64,000 nucleotides of DNA, taken from NCBI GenBank assembly GCA_041576165.1, contig JBFGLM010000009.1, positions 1 through 64,000 of the forward strand. Direction: 5' to 3'. A program made the translations under genes and the position numbers. Position 1 is the stretch's first letter. Each line of letters starts with the position of its first letter. The stretch is from Acidimicrobiia bacterium (GTDB taxonomy: Bacteria > Actinomycetota > Acidimicrobiia > Spongiisociales > Spongiisociaceae). Below, piece by piece: positions 36,304 through 45,931 of this stretch. A model generated the notes under the pieces. That model had not been told where the DNA came from. It saw only the letters and a program-made list of their open reading frames with translations, and searched no databases.

Positions 36304-39261
36304 TCAGCGACCGCCATCCAGACCCTGTCCATCAAGAGCGTCTGGGTCTGACTGGCTTGAATTGTGCTGCACAGACCGCCGCCCTGCCCCCGGTGCCTGT
36401 GAGTCCTGGTTTGTGCGTTCGTGGTCGAGCCGGCGCATCCTCTGGATCGCGCCGATTGCTCCCAGTTCCCCCAATCGGGCGACGGCGGCATCACTGTCGC
36501 CGCCGAGAGCCATAGCGAGAGCGGCCTCGTATGGGAGGCCGAGATCGTCCCATCGCTCCGCAGCCTCGCTGAATCGGCCTCTGAGTTCACTCAAGTACGG
36601 CTCATCGACCGCCGCGTCGCCCATGTCGTGGCCGGCGAGATGCAACCAGCGGGCTAGCTCGCCGCCATAGCGCAGCTCCCCACGTTCGACCGCCAAGTCG
36701 AATGCTCTCAGGGCATCGGTCGTGGTGGCTTCATCCGATGACTCACCGCTGAGCCAATCGACCTCGGCACGAACTGCCGCCGCAGGGGCGATACGCTGAA
36801 CCTCTCCGCTCGGGGCCGCCAGTGCCCAGATCTCTGCGGCGTACTGGACCGCCCGGGCACGATTGCCCCTTCGAAGCGTGATCCTGGTCAGGGCCTCCAG
36901 GGCCGGTACCCGAGATGGGCTTGAGATGGCGGGGCCCTGTAGGCAGCGGTGGGCCAGTTCTACGGCCTCGTCCCAGCGGCCGACCTCCATCAACAGCCAC
37001 GCGAGCGTGCTGCTCAGGTATGTGACGAAGGTCTCTATCTCGTGCTCTGCGGCGTATGCGATCCCTTCTCGCAATCCCTGCTCCGCACGCTCGTATTGAC
37101 GCCGGAGCACCCGCACCCAATTCAGATTGGTGTAGGCGCGGCATGCGTGTTCGGGGTGGCCGGCTGCGATCGCCGCAAGTCGTGCCTCTTCGAGCATCGC
37201 CTCGCCCCGGACGTGATCCGACCGTTCGAGCGCCGTGGCGACATTGATCATGGCGTGGATCCTCGTTTCGACATCGCCGATCGACTCGGCCAGCTCGATT
37301 GCGTGCTCGCCCCAGGTGATTGCCTCCTCGTTGCGATGCGCCAGCATTGCCAGCTGTGAACGGGTGCTGTAGGCGAAGGCAAGCTCTGGCGTGGGGGATA
37401 GGTGTTCGACGGCTGCGGCTGCCGACTCGGCCGCGCTTGCAGCTTCGGTCGGATGGCCGAGCATCCAGTGGAAGCGCGAGATCCACCGATGGTCGCGGGA
37501 CTCGGCTCGCGGATCGGTCGTGCGGTGGATTTCGAGAACGCGCTGCCGCAGCCCTAGCGCCTCGTTCATGTGATTCATGAAGTAGGCGGCGACCGAACCA
37601 CCCTCCAATGCTTCGGTCAGTGCATGCTGCTCGAGTGAGTCTTCGTGGTCGAGCACCCTGGACCAGTGGGCTAACGCCTGTCGGTGGGCGTTAGCAGCCG
37701 AGGCGGCCCTGGCAGCCGCCATGCCGTGGCGAACGATGGCCTCGGGAAGGTCGGCTTCGGCGGCATGGTGGACGAGGCGGGCTGGATCTGCTGACCGGCG
37801 CTCGAGTGCTTCGAGAACCGCCCGGTTGAGTCGTCGCCGCTCGGCCGGCGCCAGGCCAGCCTCGACCGCCCTGCGGGCGAGCTCGTGGCGGTAGCCGATG
37901 CCCTCGGCCAGGATCAGCAGGAGGCGAGCATCCTCGGCTTCCGAGAGCCCGGCAGTCCCGCCGTGCAGCTCAGTCATGACGTCGGCTTCTATTCGGGTGG
38001 GAGCGACCGACACCAACTCGGCGACCTGGCGTGCATCGGTGGACATCTGTTCGACTCGGGCCAGCACCGCATCCTGGACCGAAGCCGGGACCTCGTCGGT
38101 GCCGGACGCCAGGATTTCGCTCAGGAAGAACGGGTTTCCCGACGTGAGGCGGCGGAGCCGTTCAGCTGCCGCCTCGCCGGCCAGCGCAGCGATGGCCGCC
38201 GTTGACAGCGGGGCGAGTTGGAGCCGGGTAACCGCTCCGGCCGGTGCGTTCACGAGGGTGGAGCGAACCCGGGCCGCACCCGTGTCGCGCACTGTGAGCA
38301 CGAGCATGACCGGCAGCTGACCGATACGCCGGGCCAGGTACTTGATCGCATCAATTGTTGCGTCGTCAGCCCAATGCAGATCCTCGATCACGACCAGGCG
38401 GGTCGGGCCGGTTGCCAGCGCATCGTGCAGAGCTGCAAGAATCCGTTCCGGACGCGGGTCGTCAATGAGCGCGGCCCGATAGCCCGGACCGAGGTCCGGC
38501 GCCATGTCGTAGAAGGGGCCGAAGGCGCGCGGTGTCATCAGGTCGTCGCACCAACCCCAGAGAACGGCGCCCGACAGTTCATCGGCGATCGCCCGTACCA
38601 GGCTCGATTTGCCGATGCCTGCTTCGCCGCCGACCAGGACCACATTGCCCTGACCGGCGGCGGCTCGCTCGAACGAAGCCCGCAAGATCCGCAGTTCATC
38701 GCTGCGCTCCAACAGCTCAGGATGGCTCGCAGGCCGGATGGTGGCGGCCGGCTGCGTCGAGGTACCGGCTTCGAGCATCGCCCGATGGATGCGCACCGGC
38801 TCGTCGATGTGTTTGAGCTGGTGATCGCCCAGGTCCTCGAATCGGACCGGCGACCGACCTCGGAGGCTGTCGCGCACAGAACCCGAGATCATGATCCCGC
38901 CCGGGTCGGCAAGCGCCTCCAGGCGGGCGGCGACGTTGACGCCGTCGCCGAACATGTCGCCGTCCTCGGTGACCATCACGTCGCCGACGTTGATACCGAT
39001 TCGCAGTGTCAGCGGCCCGCCCGGCGCGACCCGCTGCACCTCCACAGCAGCGTCAACCGCCTCCGCAACGCTGGCGAACTCGGCGATCACCGAATCGCCG
39101 GCAGTGTTGGCGATTCGTCCGCCATGGCCTTCGATGATGGGATCGACTCGCCGTCGGAGCGCCTGCAGGTCTGCGAGGGTGCTTTCCTCGCTTCTCGCCA
39201 TCGCCGCCGTGAAGCCGGCTACGTCGGCGGCAAAAATGGCAGCCAGTCGACGCTCGGTCAT
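36304..39261 (-). CDS. Class III nucleotidyl cyclase fused to a STAND/AAA ATPase and TPR-like region
   Basis: Start MTERRLAAIFAADVAGF (39261); GDGVNVAARLE; Walker A GEAGIGKS; Walker B VIEDLHWAD; GNPFF. Confidence 0.87.
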   Translation of the reverse strand: MTERRLAAIFAADVAGFTAAMARSEESTLADLQALRRRVDPIIEGHGGRIANTAGDSVIAEFASVAEAVDAAVEVQRVAPGGPLTLRIGINVGDVMVTEDGDMFGDGVNVAARLEALADPGGIMISGSVRDSLRGRSPVRFEDLGDHQLKHIDEPVRIHRAMLEAGTSTQPAATIRPASHPELLERSDELRILRASFERAAAGQGNVVLVGGEAGIGKSSLVRAIADELSGAVLWGWCDDLMTPRAFGPFYDMAPDLGPGYRAALIDDPRPERILAALHDALATGPTRLVVIEDLHWADDATIDAIKYLARRIGQLPVMLVLTVRDTGAARVRSTLVNAPAGAVTRLQLAPLSTAAIAALAGEAAAERLRRLTSGNPFFLSEILASGTDEVPASVQDAVLARVEQMSTDARQVAELVSVAPTRIEADVMTELHGGTAGLSEAEDARLLLILAEGIGYRHELARRAVEAGLAPAERRRLNRAVLEALERRSADPARLVHHAAEADLPEAIVRHGMAAARAASAANAHRQALAHWSRVLDHEDSLEQHALTEALEGGSVAAYFMNHMNEALGLRQRVLEIHRTTDPRAESRDHRWISRFHWMLGHPTEAASAAESAAAAVEHLSPTPELAFAYSTRSQLAMLAHRNEEAITWGEHAIELAESIGDVETRIHAMINVATALERSDHVRGEAMLEEARLAAIAAGHPEHACRAYTNLNWVRVLRRQYERAEQGLREGIAYAAEHEIETFVTYLSSTLAWLLMEVGRWDEAVELAHRCLQGPAISSPSRVPALEALTRITLRRGNRARAVQYAAEIWALAAPSGEVQRIAPAAAVRAEVDWLSGESSDEATTTDALRAFDLAVERGELRYGGELARWLHLAGHDMGDAAVDEPYLSELRGRFSEAAERWDDLGLPYEAALAMALGGDSDAAVARLGELGAIGAIQRMRRLDHERTNQDSQAPGAGRRSVQHNSSQSDPDALDGQGLDGGR

Positions 39262-39492
39262 CGAACCATACTGGCGGATCTTCCCGCTCTCGGCGTCCGA
39301 TCTGCCTGATGATGGGGTAAGCCGGGCGCTCCCTACGAGAACCGAGCTCGATGACGGAAGGACGTCATCTGCGAGGCTCACTGTGCCTCGGCGCACCGAC
39401 ACACCGGACCCAACCTGGCTGATCACATTTGTTGACGCGCAACGGGTCCCCGTAGCACCGCTTGGTGACGTCGTGTTGGCTCCGGAGCGCGG

Positions 39493-40503
39493 TCACCCCG
39501 CCACGGCGTTGAAATCAATCCGCAGCGCTTCGGTCATGACGGCGCAATGGCTCTCGGTCCAGATATCGGCCCCGCCCAGCACCCCGACCCATTTCGCCTC
39601 GACGTCGGCGGCAGCGACCCGCGCCAGCTCTTTGAGATATTCATCGAAGAGGTGCCACAAGTTCACGAACCCGGTGCGGGCTGCGATCGCGAAGAAGTCG
39701 ACGGTTGCCAGTGCGTTACCGGATGCAGCTTGGACGTCGTGCAGGTATTCGCGTGCGGCCTCGATGTCCTCCCGGGTGCCGAGCCGGGTGAGATGGCCGC
39801 CCACAAAGGTCTGCCAGGGAAGCCCGAGAACGAAGTCGTGCACGGCGATGTACCCGGGCACGTCCTCTGCCAGCGCCAGTTCCAGGAATGGGATCCAGCC
39901 CGGGAACATGACATCAACCAGCATCAGGGTTTCGGCGTGCCGCGCCAGCACGATGAGATTGCCGGGTTCGTGTTGGGGTCCCGGATAGATCAATTCGAGC
40001 CTGTGGGGGCCGTGGCCGAGCTTCATGCGGCGTTTGAACGTCCGGTCGGGAACCGGTCGCAGCGGGTCGTTGGCCCGCCGCAGGATGGCGGCTGTCTCCT
40101 CGTGGCCCACGAACGTGACATCGTGATCGAACAGTCGCCCGGCCACACCGATGTGATCACCGTGGGAGTGGCTCAGCACGATGTGGGTCACCGGCTTTGA
40201 CGTGACCTCGGCGATGGCGGCCGGTATGGCAGCCTCCAGGGTGGGCGGAGCGTCGACCAGGATCACGCCCTTCTTGGTCACCTGGAAGATCGATTGATAG
40301 GCGCCTTCCGTGACCCAGTACAGCCCGGCTCCGATCTCTTCGACCAGATATCCCTTGGCCGGGATGGGCGGTCCGAGGGCGCCGGGCGGAACCGGAGCGA
40401 CGTCGTCCGATCCGGTCTGGGCGGCGGCGGCGCCAGCCGGAATCATGGATCCGACGGCGGCCAGCCCGCACGTCGTCAAGAAGCTGCGGCGAGACATGAC
40501 CAT
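39493..40503 (-). CDS. Tat-exported MBL-fold metallo-hydrolase
   Basis: SRRSFL signal; SHSHGDHIG; GGH. Confidence 0.87.
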   Translation of the reverse strand: MVMSRRSFLTTCGLAAVGSMIPAGAAAAQTGSDDVAPVPPGALGPPIPAKGYLVEEIGAGLYWVTEGAYQSIFQVTKKGVILVDAPPTLEAAIPAAIAEVTSKPVTHIVLSHSHGDHIGVAGRLFDHDVTFVGHEETAAILRRANDPLRPVPDRTFKRRMKLGHGPHRLELIYPGPQHEPGNLIVLARHAETLMLVDVMFPGWIPFLELALAEDVPGYIAVHDFVLGLPWQTFVGGHLTRLGTREDIEAAREYLHDVQAASGNALATVDFFAIAARTGFVNLWHLFDEYLKELARVAAADVEAKWVGVLGGADIWTESHCAVMTEALRIDFNAVAG

Positions 40504-40580
40504 TGGGAAACCCCCCTTCTCACGGCTGCCCGCGGAACCTGATACAGCCTACGCATCTGGATCAGGCCGTGACGGAGGGA

Positions 40581-41939
40581 TCACGCGGCGACCGATGCGT
40601 AGACATCGGCGTAGTGGGCGGCCGCTCGGTCCCACGAGAAATCCGCCGCCATGCCGTTGCGCTGTAGTTTGCGCCACTCGGCCCGGCTCTTGCGGAATGT
40701 ACGCATGGCCCGTCTGATCGTCTTGGTCAGGCTTTCGGGGGTGAAGGAGCGGAACCCGAAGCCGGTCGCCACGTCCGGCTGCTCGTCCAGATCGGTCACC
40801 GAATCAGCCAGACCCCCGGTCAGCCGCACCACCGGCACCGAGCCGTACCGCATGGCATACAGCTGGCCCAGGCCACACGGCTCAAAGCGCGAGGGCATGA
40901 GGTAGGCGTCAGTGCCCGCGGAAGTGAGGCGGGCCAGTTCCTCGGTATAGGGGGTATGCCATACGGCCGCGGGGTGGCGGGTCGCCCACGAGTCGACCAG
41001 GTCATCCAGCTCGCCGTTACCGACGAGGATCAACCGCATGCCGTCGTTGATCAGATCGTCGAGGTAGGGATCCAGCAGCCCGATGCCCTTCTGCTCGGCC
41101 ATCCGTCCGACGTTGCCGAAGAACATCCCTTCGGGTTCGAGGCCGGATTGGGCTATCAGGGCTCCTTTGGCGTCGAGACGGCCCCGCAGCCTCCCCCGGC
41201 TGAACGGGCGGGGGAGCACGGGATCGGTGCGAGGATCCCACGAGGTGGTGTCGATTCCGTTCATGATGCCGATCACGTCGTCGCCCCGTGCCCGTACGAC
41301 CGCGTCGAGGCCGCCCGAGATAGCAGCCTCACTCGTCAGCTGACGAGCGAAGCCCGGGCTGACCGTGGTGACCCGATGGGCCCGATCGATCCCGGCTTTC
41401 AGATAGTTCGCTTGCCCGAACCATTCGATTGGCCCTCCCGCGACCAGGTCTGTGGCGTCCAACCCCAGCAGCGCTGCCACCTCCGGGAGCGGTCCGAGCA
41501 GCGAGTACGCGGCGTTGTGCACCGTCAGAACCGAGGGAACCGGACACCGGAGCGCGGCCGCGGCCGCATGGGAATCGTGAAGATGGACGACATCGAAGTC
41601 GCCGGCCAGCTGGCGCACCCGGAGCGCAAAGAGCCCGAACCGGAACCATTGGTCGTCGTATCCGGTACCCGGCTCCGGGCCGTAGATGCCTGGACGGTCG
41701 AAGGCGGCAGGCTCGTCGATCAGCCACACCTCGATGCCGTCGAGTGAATCCTCAAACAGGTCTACGTCGCCCACGGTCCGACCGCTTCCGAGCGCTCGGA
41801 GATGCCGGTACCGGGGAATGGCCACGGTGACGTCGTGCCCGCCCCGGGCCAGTGCTCCCGCCAGACCGCGGACGGCTTCGCCGAGGCCGCCCGTGCGGGC
41901 CAGCGGGGACAGCTCCGCAGATGCCATCAGGATTCTCAT
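40581..41939 (-). CDS. glgA: Glycogen synthase (GT5)
   Basis: Start MRILMASAELSPLARTGGL (41939); VHLHD; NGID; MPSRFEPCGLGQLYAMRYG. Confidence 0.92.
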   Translation of the reverse strand: MRILMASAELSPLARTGGLGEAVRGLAGALARGGHDVTVAIPRYRHLRALGSGRTVGDVDLFEDSLDGIEVWLIDEPAAFDRPGIYGPEPGTGYDDQWFRFGLFALRVRQLAGDFDVVHLHDSHAAAAALRCPVPSVLTVHNAAYSLLGPLPEVAALLGLDATDLVAGGPIEWFGQANYLKAGIDRAHRVTTVSPGFARQLTSEAAISGGLDAVVRARGDDVIGIMNGIDTTSWDPRTDPVLPRPFSRGRLRGRLDAKGALIAQSGLEPEGMFFGNVGRMAEQKGIGLLDPYLDDLINDGMRLILVGNGELDDLVDSWATRHPAAVWHTPYTEELARLTSAGTDAYLMPSRFEPCGLGQLYAMRYGSVPVVRLTGGLADSVTDLDEQPDVATGFGFRSFTPESLTKTIRRAMRTFRKSRAEWRKLQRNGMAADFSWDRAAAHYADVYASVAA

Positions 41940-43777
41940 TCGGCTGGCGGGGCGACGTCGACGATCGAGATGGACATCGTGTAGGTGCCGGCGCCTCCGG
42001 TCAGGAAATGGGGCCACAGGATCACACCCTGAAAGACGTCGGTGAAGCCCTGCTCGGTGCGCACCGCAGTGACCAGGGGAGCGTAGAACATGGCGCCGGG
42101 CAGACGGAGGTCGATCACCACCTGGGTGCCGCGTCCGGTGTGCTCGAACCGGAATCGATGCCCGGTGATTGCCCCGGAGTCTTGGAGGTCGAGCCAGTCG
42201 CCGCCATCGACTCGAAGACGGGCGGCACCTTCCCATACCGCCACGGGCAGCTCGGGGCCGAACCGTCCCGCCGGAGCTTCCTCGATCTCGTAGGTCAGCT
42301 CGAGCTGCCGGTCACGGGCGGTAAGCGACTTGACCAGCTTCCAGTCCCCGGTGGCGGCCATCCGCACTCGCACGGAGCCGCGGGAGGACTCCGCGGTTTC
42401 CAGCTCGAATCGGGCTGGGCCAGCATGCGGTTCGAACAAGGCGGAAGGTTTGGCGTCCATGCCGGTCGAGCGGTCGATGAGCCATTGTCGCTCCAGATCG
42501 TCGAACTGCTCGGTGTCCGAGTGATAACGCTCCTGGTGCCGGGCTACCACATCCGCCACGCACCAGCCGCTTGGTTTGTCGTCGTAGTAGTGCAGCGCGC
42601 CGCCCCGATGGAGGACCCAGCTCTGGTCTGGCAACTCGACGTGAATCTCCTCCTCGCCGTCGGCATCCCAGTCTTTGACCGTGAGGTCCGACCAGGTCCT
42701 GGTCCGGCGGCCGGAGTCGACGGCCCGCCGGGCCGCCAGCAGGCGCTCGTTGACGGCTGACCGGAGATGCGGCAGATAGATGCCGCCATATGCGCCGTGC
42801 CAGTAGGCGTCGTTGGTCTGGGCCGCCAGGACGTGTTCGACCGCTTCGGCCGTGAGTTTGGTGTCGGTGAGCGCCAGCATCCTTCGGTACATCACGTTCG
42901 ATTCGGGATACCGGGTCAGGAACTCTTTCCAGGGTGCGGGCCAGCCGCGCTTCTCAGGGTCAGCGGTCAGCCAGCTGTTCATCTGCGAGTAGCTGCCAGC
43001 GCCGAGCGCCACTCGCTGCGTTGGCAGGTCCGCGGCTTCGGTCGGCTGCAGCACTTCGATCCAGTCCTGCGTCGTCACGGCCTCGAACAGGTCACGCAGC
43101 CATCCGTGGCGGTAGACCCGTTCATGGGTCCCCTCCCAGGCACCGAACTTCTCGCCGTCGTCGGCAGCCACAACCAGCGCGTCGGGATCACTGTCATGGG
43201 CCTCGCGCAACCGCTGAAGGATCTCGTCGACATCGGACCCCGGGAGCATTTCCCGGAGCCGGCGGCTGATCGGCAGCACCCGCAGGGTGCAACCGAGATG
43301 GTCCACGGCGGCCGGAATGGTCGGTTCGGCGCCTGCAACCTCAAACAGGGTCTCGTCGAGCAGGGTGTAGCGGATCCCCGCGTCATGAAGGAGCCACGCC
43401 AGCGTTGGTTCCCAGACCCGCTCGGCCAGCCAGATGCCGGTGGGTGTCTGCTGGACGACGGATTCGAGCATCTGACGATGACGTTGCAGCTGGCGACGCC
43501 GCCAGCTGTCGGGCAAGACCGGCAGGATTGGATCATGCATGCCCCCGCCGATGAACTCGATCTGTTCGGTCGATCCGTACAGCTCCTCGATCAGGTCTGT
43601 CCGGTGAGTTTGTGCCCAGTCGAGGAGCGTTCCGCTGTAGTGGGCGCCGATCCGCATCGCGGGAACCGCGGCGAGCGTCTCCAGCAACGGCATATACGCA
43701 TCGTCCACGATCCGGTCGATGACCGAATCGAGGTTGCCGGTGGGTTGATGGCAATGGACCACGAAAACGAACTTCAC
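41936..43777 (-). CDS. GH57 alpha-amylase / 4-alpha-glucanotransferase-like
   Basis: HCHQP, GIWLAERVWEP, DDGEKFG, AQTNDAYWHGAYGGIYLPHLR. Confidence 0.88.
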   Translation of the reverse strand: MKFVFVVHCHQPTGNLDSVIDRIVDDAYMPLLETLAAVPAMRIGAHYSGTLLDWAQTHRTDLIEELYGSTEQIEFIGGGMHDPILPVLPDSWRRRQLQRHRQMLESVVQQTPTGIWLAERVWEPTLAWLLHDAGIRYTLLDETLFEVAGAEPTIPAAVDHLGCTLRVLPISRRLREMLPGSDVDEILQRLREAHDSDPDALVVAADDGEKFGAWEGTHERVYRHGWLRDLFEAVTTQDWIEVLQPTEAADLPTQRVALGAGSYSQMNSWLTADPEKRGWPAPWKEFLTRYPESNVMYRRMLALTDTKLTAEAVEHVLAAQTNDAYWHGAYGGIYLPHLRSAVNERLLAARRAVDSGRRTRTWSDLTVKDWDADGEEEIHVELPDQSWVLHRGGALHYYDDKPSGWCVADVVARHQERYHSDTEQFDDLERQWLIDRSTGMDAKPSALFEPHAGPARFELETAESSRGSVRVRMAATGDWKLVKSLTARDRQLELTYEIEEAPAGRFGPELPVAVWEGAARLRVDGGDWLDLQDSGAITGHRFRFEHTGRGTQVVIDLRLPGAMFYAPLVTAVRTEQGFTDVFQGVILWPHFLTGGAGTYTMSISIVDVAPPAE

Positions 43778-43789
43778 CAGCGGCCTCGC

Positions 43790-44098
43790 TCAGCGTTTCC
43801 AACGGGTGAGGAGCCACACCACGAAGCCGACCGCCGCGCCCCACAGGATGAGTTGGGGGCGTAACAGCAACACGAGCGCCGGAATCCCAATCGTGGCCCA
43901 CGTGCGACGATTCACGCGCCGGAGGTTGGGCAGTACCAGCCAGATCGCACCGAGGATGATCCCCGCCCGCAACACGATGCCGGGCCAACCGGGTTCGGAC
44001 TGGGTGACCATGCCAACTCCACCCGCCACCACCAGTCCGAGCGACAGCACGCCGAGGATTCGGCGCTCCAGATCTCCAGCAGTGGTCTCCGACGACAC
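43790..44098 (-). CDS. Small membrane protein
   Basis: Probable leaderless GTG 44098 (TACCAT 6 nt upstream); 3-4 TM. Confidence 0.65.
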   Translation of the reverse strand: MSSETTAGDLERRILGVLSLGLVVAGGVGMVTQSEPGWPGIVLRAGIILGAIWLVLPNLRRVNRRTWATIGIPALVLLLRPQLILWGAAVGFVVWLLTRWKR

Positions 44099-44171
44099 GG
44101 GACGATGGTATCCGGGTTTCGGGCGAGCCGGTTGCTCACCTCGACGGAGAAGGTCGTACACTCTCCGGACC

Positions 44172-44471
44172 ATGCCCATCGACATTGATATCGCGCACGT
44201 AGCGCGTTTGGCCCGCCTGGGACTGAGCGACGAAGAGCTCGCCAAGTACGGCGAGCAGTGCAGCCACATCCTCGAGCATGCAGCCCGGGTCCAAGCTCTC
44301 CCGACCGAGGGAGTGGAACCCACCGCGCATCCGCTACCGATGGTGAACGCGTTTCGCGATGATCAGATCAGGCCGGAGACGATGCTGGATCGGGCCGTCG
44401 CGCTGTCGATGGCCCCGGAGGCAGACGACGTCTACTTCAAAGTGCCTCCGGCCCTGGACGACGAGGGATGA
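44172..44471 (+). CDS. gatC: Asp/Glu-tRNA amidotransferase subunit C
   Basis: [28 protein letters not shown]. Confidence 0.93.
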   Translation: MPIDIDIAHVARLARLGLSDEELAKYGEQCSHILEHAARVQALPTEGVEPTAHPLPMVNAFRDDQIRPETMLDRAVALSMAPEADDVYFKVPPALDDEG

Positions 44472-45931
44472 CAACGCCTTCGACTATCGTCGCGGCGGCG
44501 GCCGAGCTGCGAACCGGTGAGCTGAGTGCAGTCGATCTGCTCGAGGCGGCGCTGGAACGGGCTGCGCTGACCGAAGCCCACCTCCACGCGTACCTGACTC
44601 TCGATCGCGACAACGCCCGCAGCCAGGCAGAAGCCTCCGACGCGGCAATCCAAGCCGGCGAGGACGCCGGGCCCCTCCAGGGGATTCCCATCGCCCTCAA
44701 GGACAACATGGTCACCGAGGGAGTGGAAACGACCTGTTCGTCGCGGATGCTGTCGGGATATGTGCCGCCCTACGACGCCACCGTGGTCCGGCGTCTGAAG
44801 GCAGCTGGGGCTGTGTTGATTGGCAAGACGAACCTCGATGAATTCGCCATGGGCTCATCCACCGAGAACTCGGCCTACGGCCTGACCCGCAATCCCTGGG
44901 ACACCGAGCGGGTCCCGGGAGGTTCGTCAGGCGGGTCGGCGGCGGTGGTGGCCGCCGGGTCGGCCCTGGCGGCGCTCGGGTCGGACACCGGCGGATCAAT
45001 CCGGCAGCCGGCGGCCCTGTGTGGTGTGGTGGGGTTCAAGCCGACCTATGGCCTGGTCAGCCGGCACGGACTGATCGCGTTCGCTTCGTCGCTGGACCAG
45101 ATCGGACCCCTGACCCGCACTGTGGAGGACGCCTTGCTGGTCTATGAGGCGATCGCGGGCCACGACCCGCTCGACGCCACCTCGTACCGGGGCGACCTGC
45201 CCGACGTGCGGGCCGAATGGGACCGGGGACTGGCTGGCCTGCGGGTGGGCGTCGTGCAGGAGATCTCCAACGATGGGATTGAACCCGAAGTGCTCGAAGC
45301 TTTCCGGCGCACCGTCGACGGTTTGACGGAGGCCGGCGCCAAAGTCGACGAAATCTCGATCCCGGCCGCCGACTATGCGTTGAGCGCCTACTACTTGATC
45401 GCCCCGGCCGAGTGTTCCGCCAACCTGGCCCGCTTTGACGGCGTCCGCTACGGGCTGCGCGAATCGGGGGAGACCGTCGAAGAGATGATGTCTCGGACCC
45501 GGGCGGAGGGCTTCGGCCCCGAAGTCATTCGCCGGATCCTCCTGGGCACCTATGCGCTTTCCGCCGGCTACTTCGACGCCTTCTACGGACAGGCGCAACG
45601 GGTACGGACCTTGCTCCGCAACGAGCTGGCCGACGCGTACGGACGGTTCGACGTGCTGGTCAGCCCGACCAGCCCAGACACCGCGTTCGAGATCGGCGCC
45701 AAGATCGCCGACCCGCTCACCATGTACCTGTCGGACATGTGCACCATTCCCTCCAACCTGTCGGGCGACCCGGCCATCTCGATACCGATCGGTCTCGACA
45801 GCCGGGGCCTGCCGATCGGCTTCCAGGTGATCGCGCCGTCGTTGGGTGAACCGGTGTTGTTCCGGGCGGCTCAGGGCGTCGAGGCCTTGGCCGGCTTTTC
45901 CGCCGTCCCCCGGCTGGTCGAGGAGCTCTGA
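44468..45931 (+). CDS. gatA: Asp/Glu-tRNA amidotransferase subunit A
   Basis: [27 protein letters not shown]. Confidence 0.96.
   Translation: MTTPSTIVAAAAELRTGELSAVDLLEAALERAALTEAHLHAYLTLDRDNARSQAEASDAAIQAGEDAGPLQGIPIALKDNMVTEGVETTCSSRMLSGYVPPYDATVVRRLKAAGAVLIGKTNLDEFAMGSSTENSAYGLTRNPWDTERVPGGSSGGSAAVVAAGSALAALGSDTGGSIRQPAALCGVVGFKPTYGLVSRHGLIAFASSLDQIGPLTRTVEDALLVYEAIAGHDPLDATSYRGDLPDVRAEWDRGLAGLRVGVVQEISNDGIEPEVLEAFRRTVDGLTEAGAKVDEISIPAADYALSAYYLIAPAECSANLARFDGVRYGLRESGETVEEMMSRTRAEGFGPEVIRRILLGTYALSAGYFDAFYGQAQRVRTLLRNELADAYGRFDVLVSPTSPDTAFEIGAKIADPLTMYLSDMCTIPSNLSGDPAISIPIGLDSRGLPIGFQVIAPSLGEPVLFRAAQGVEALAGFSAVPRLVEEL

Noticed and set aside
36325-36360. SAM riboswitch-like ATCAAGAG...GACTGGC on the plus strand
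   Set aside because: The remaining SAM-I core is absent and no plus-strand gene lies downstream.
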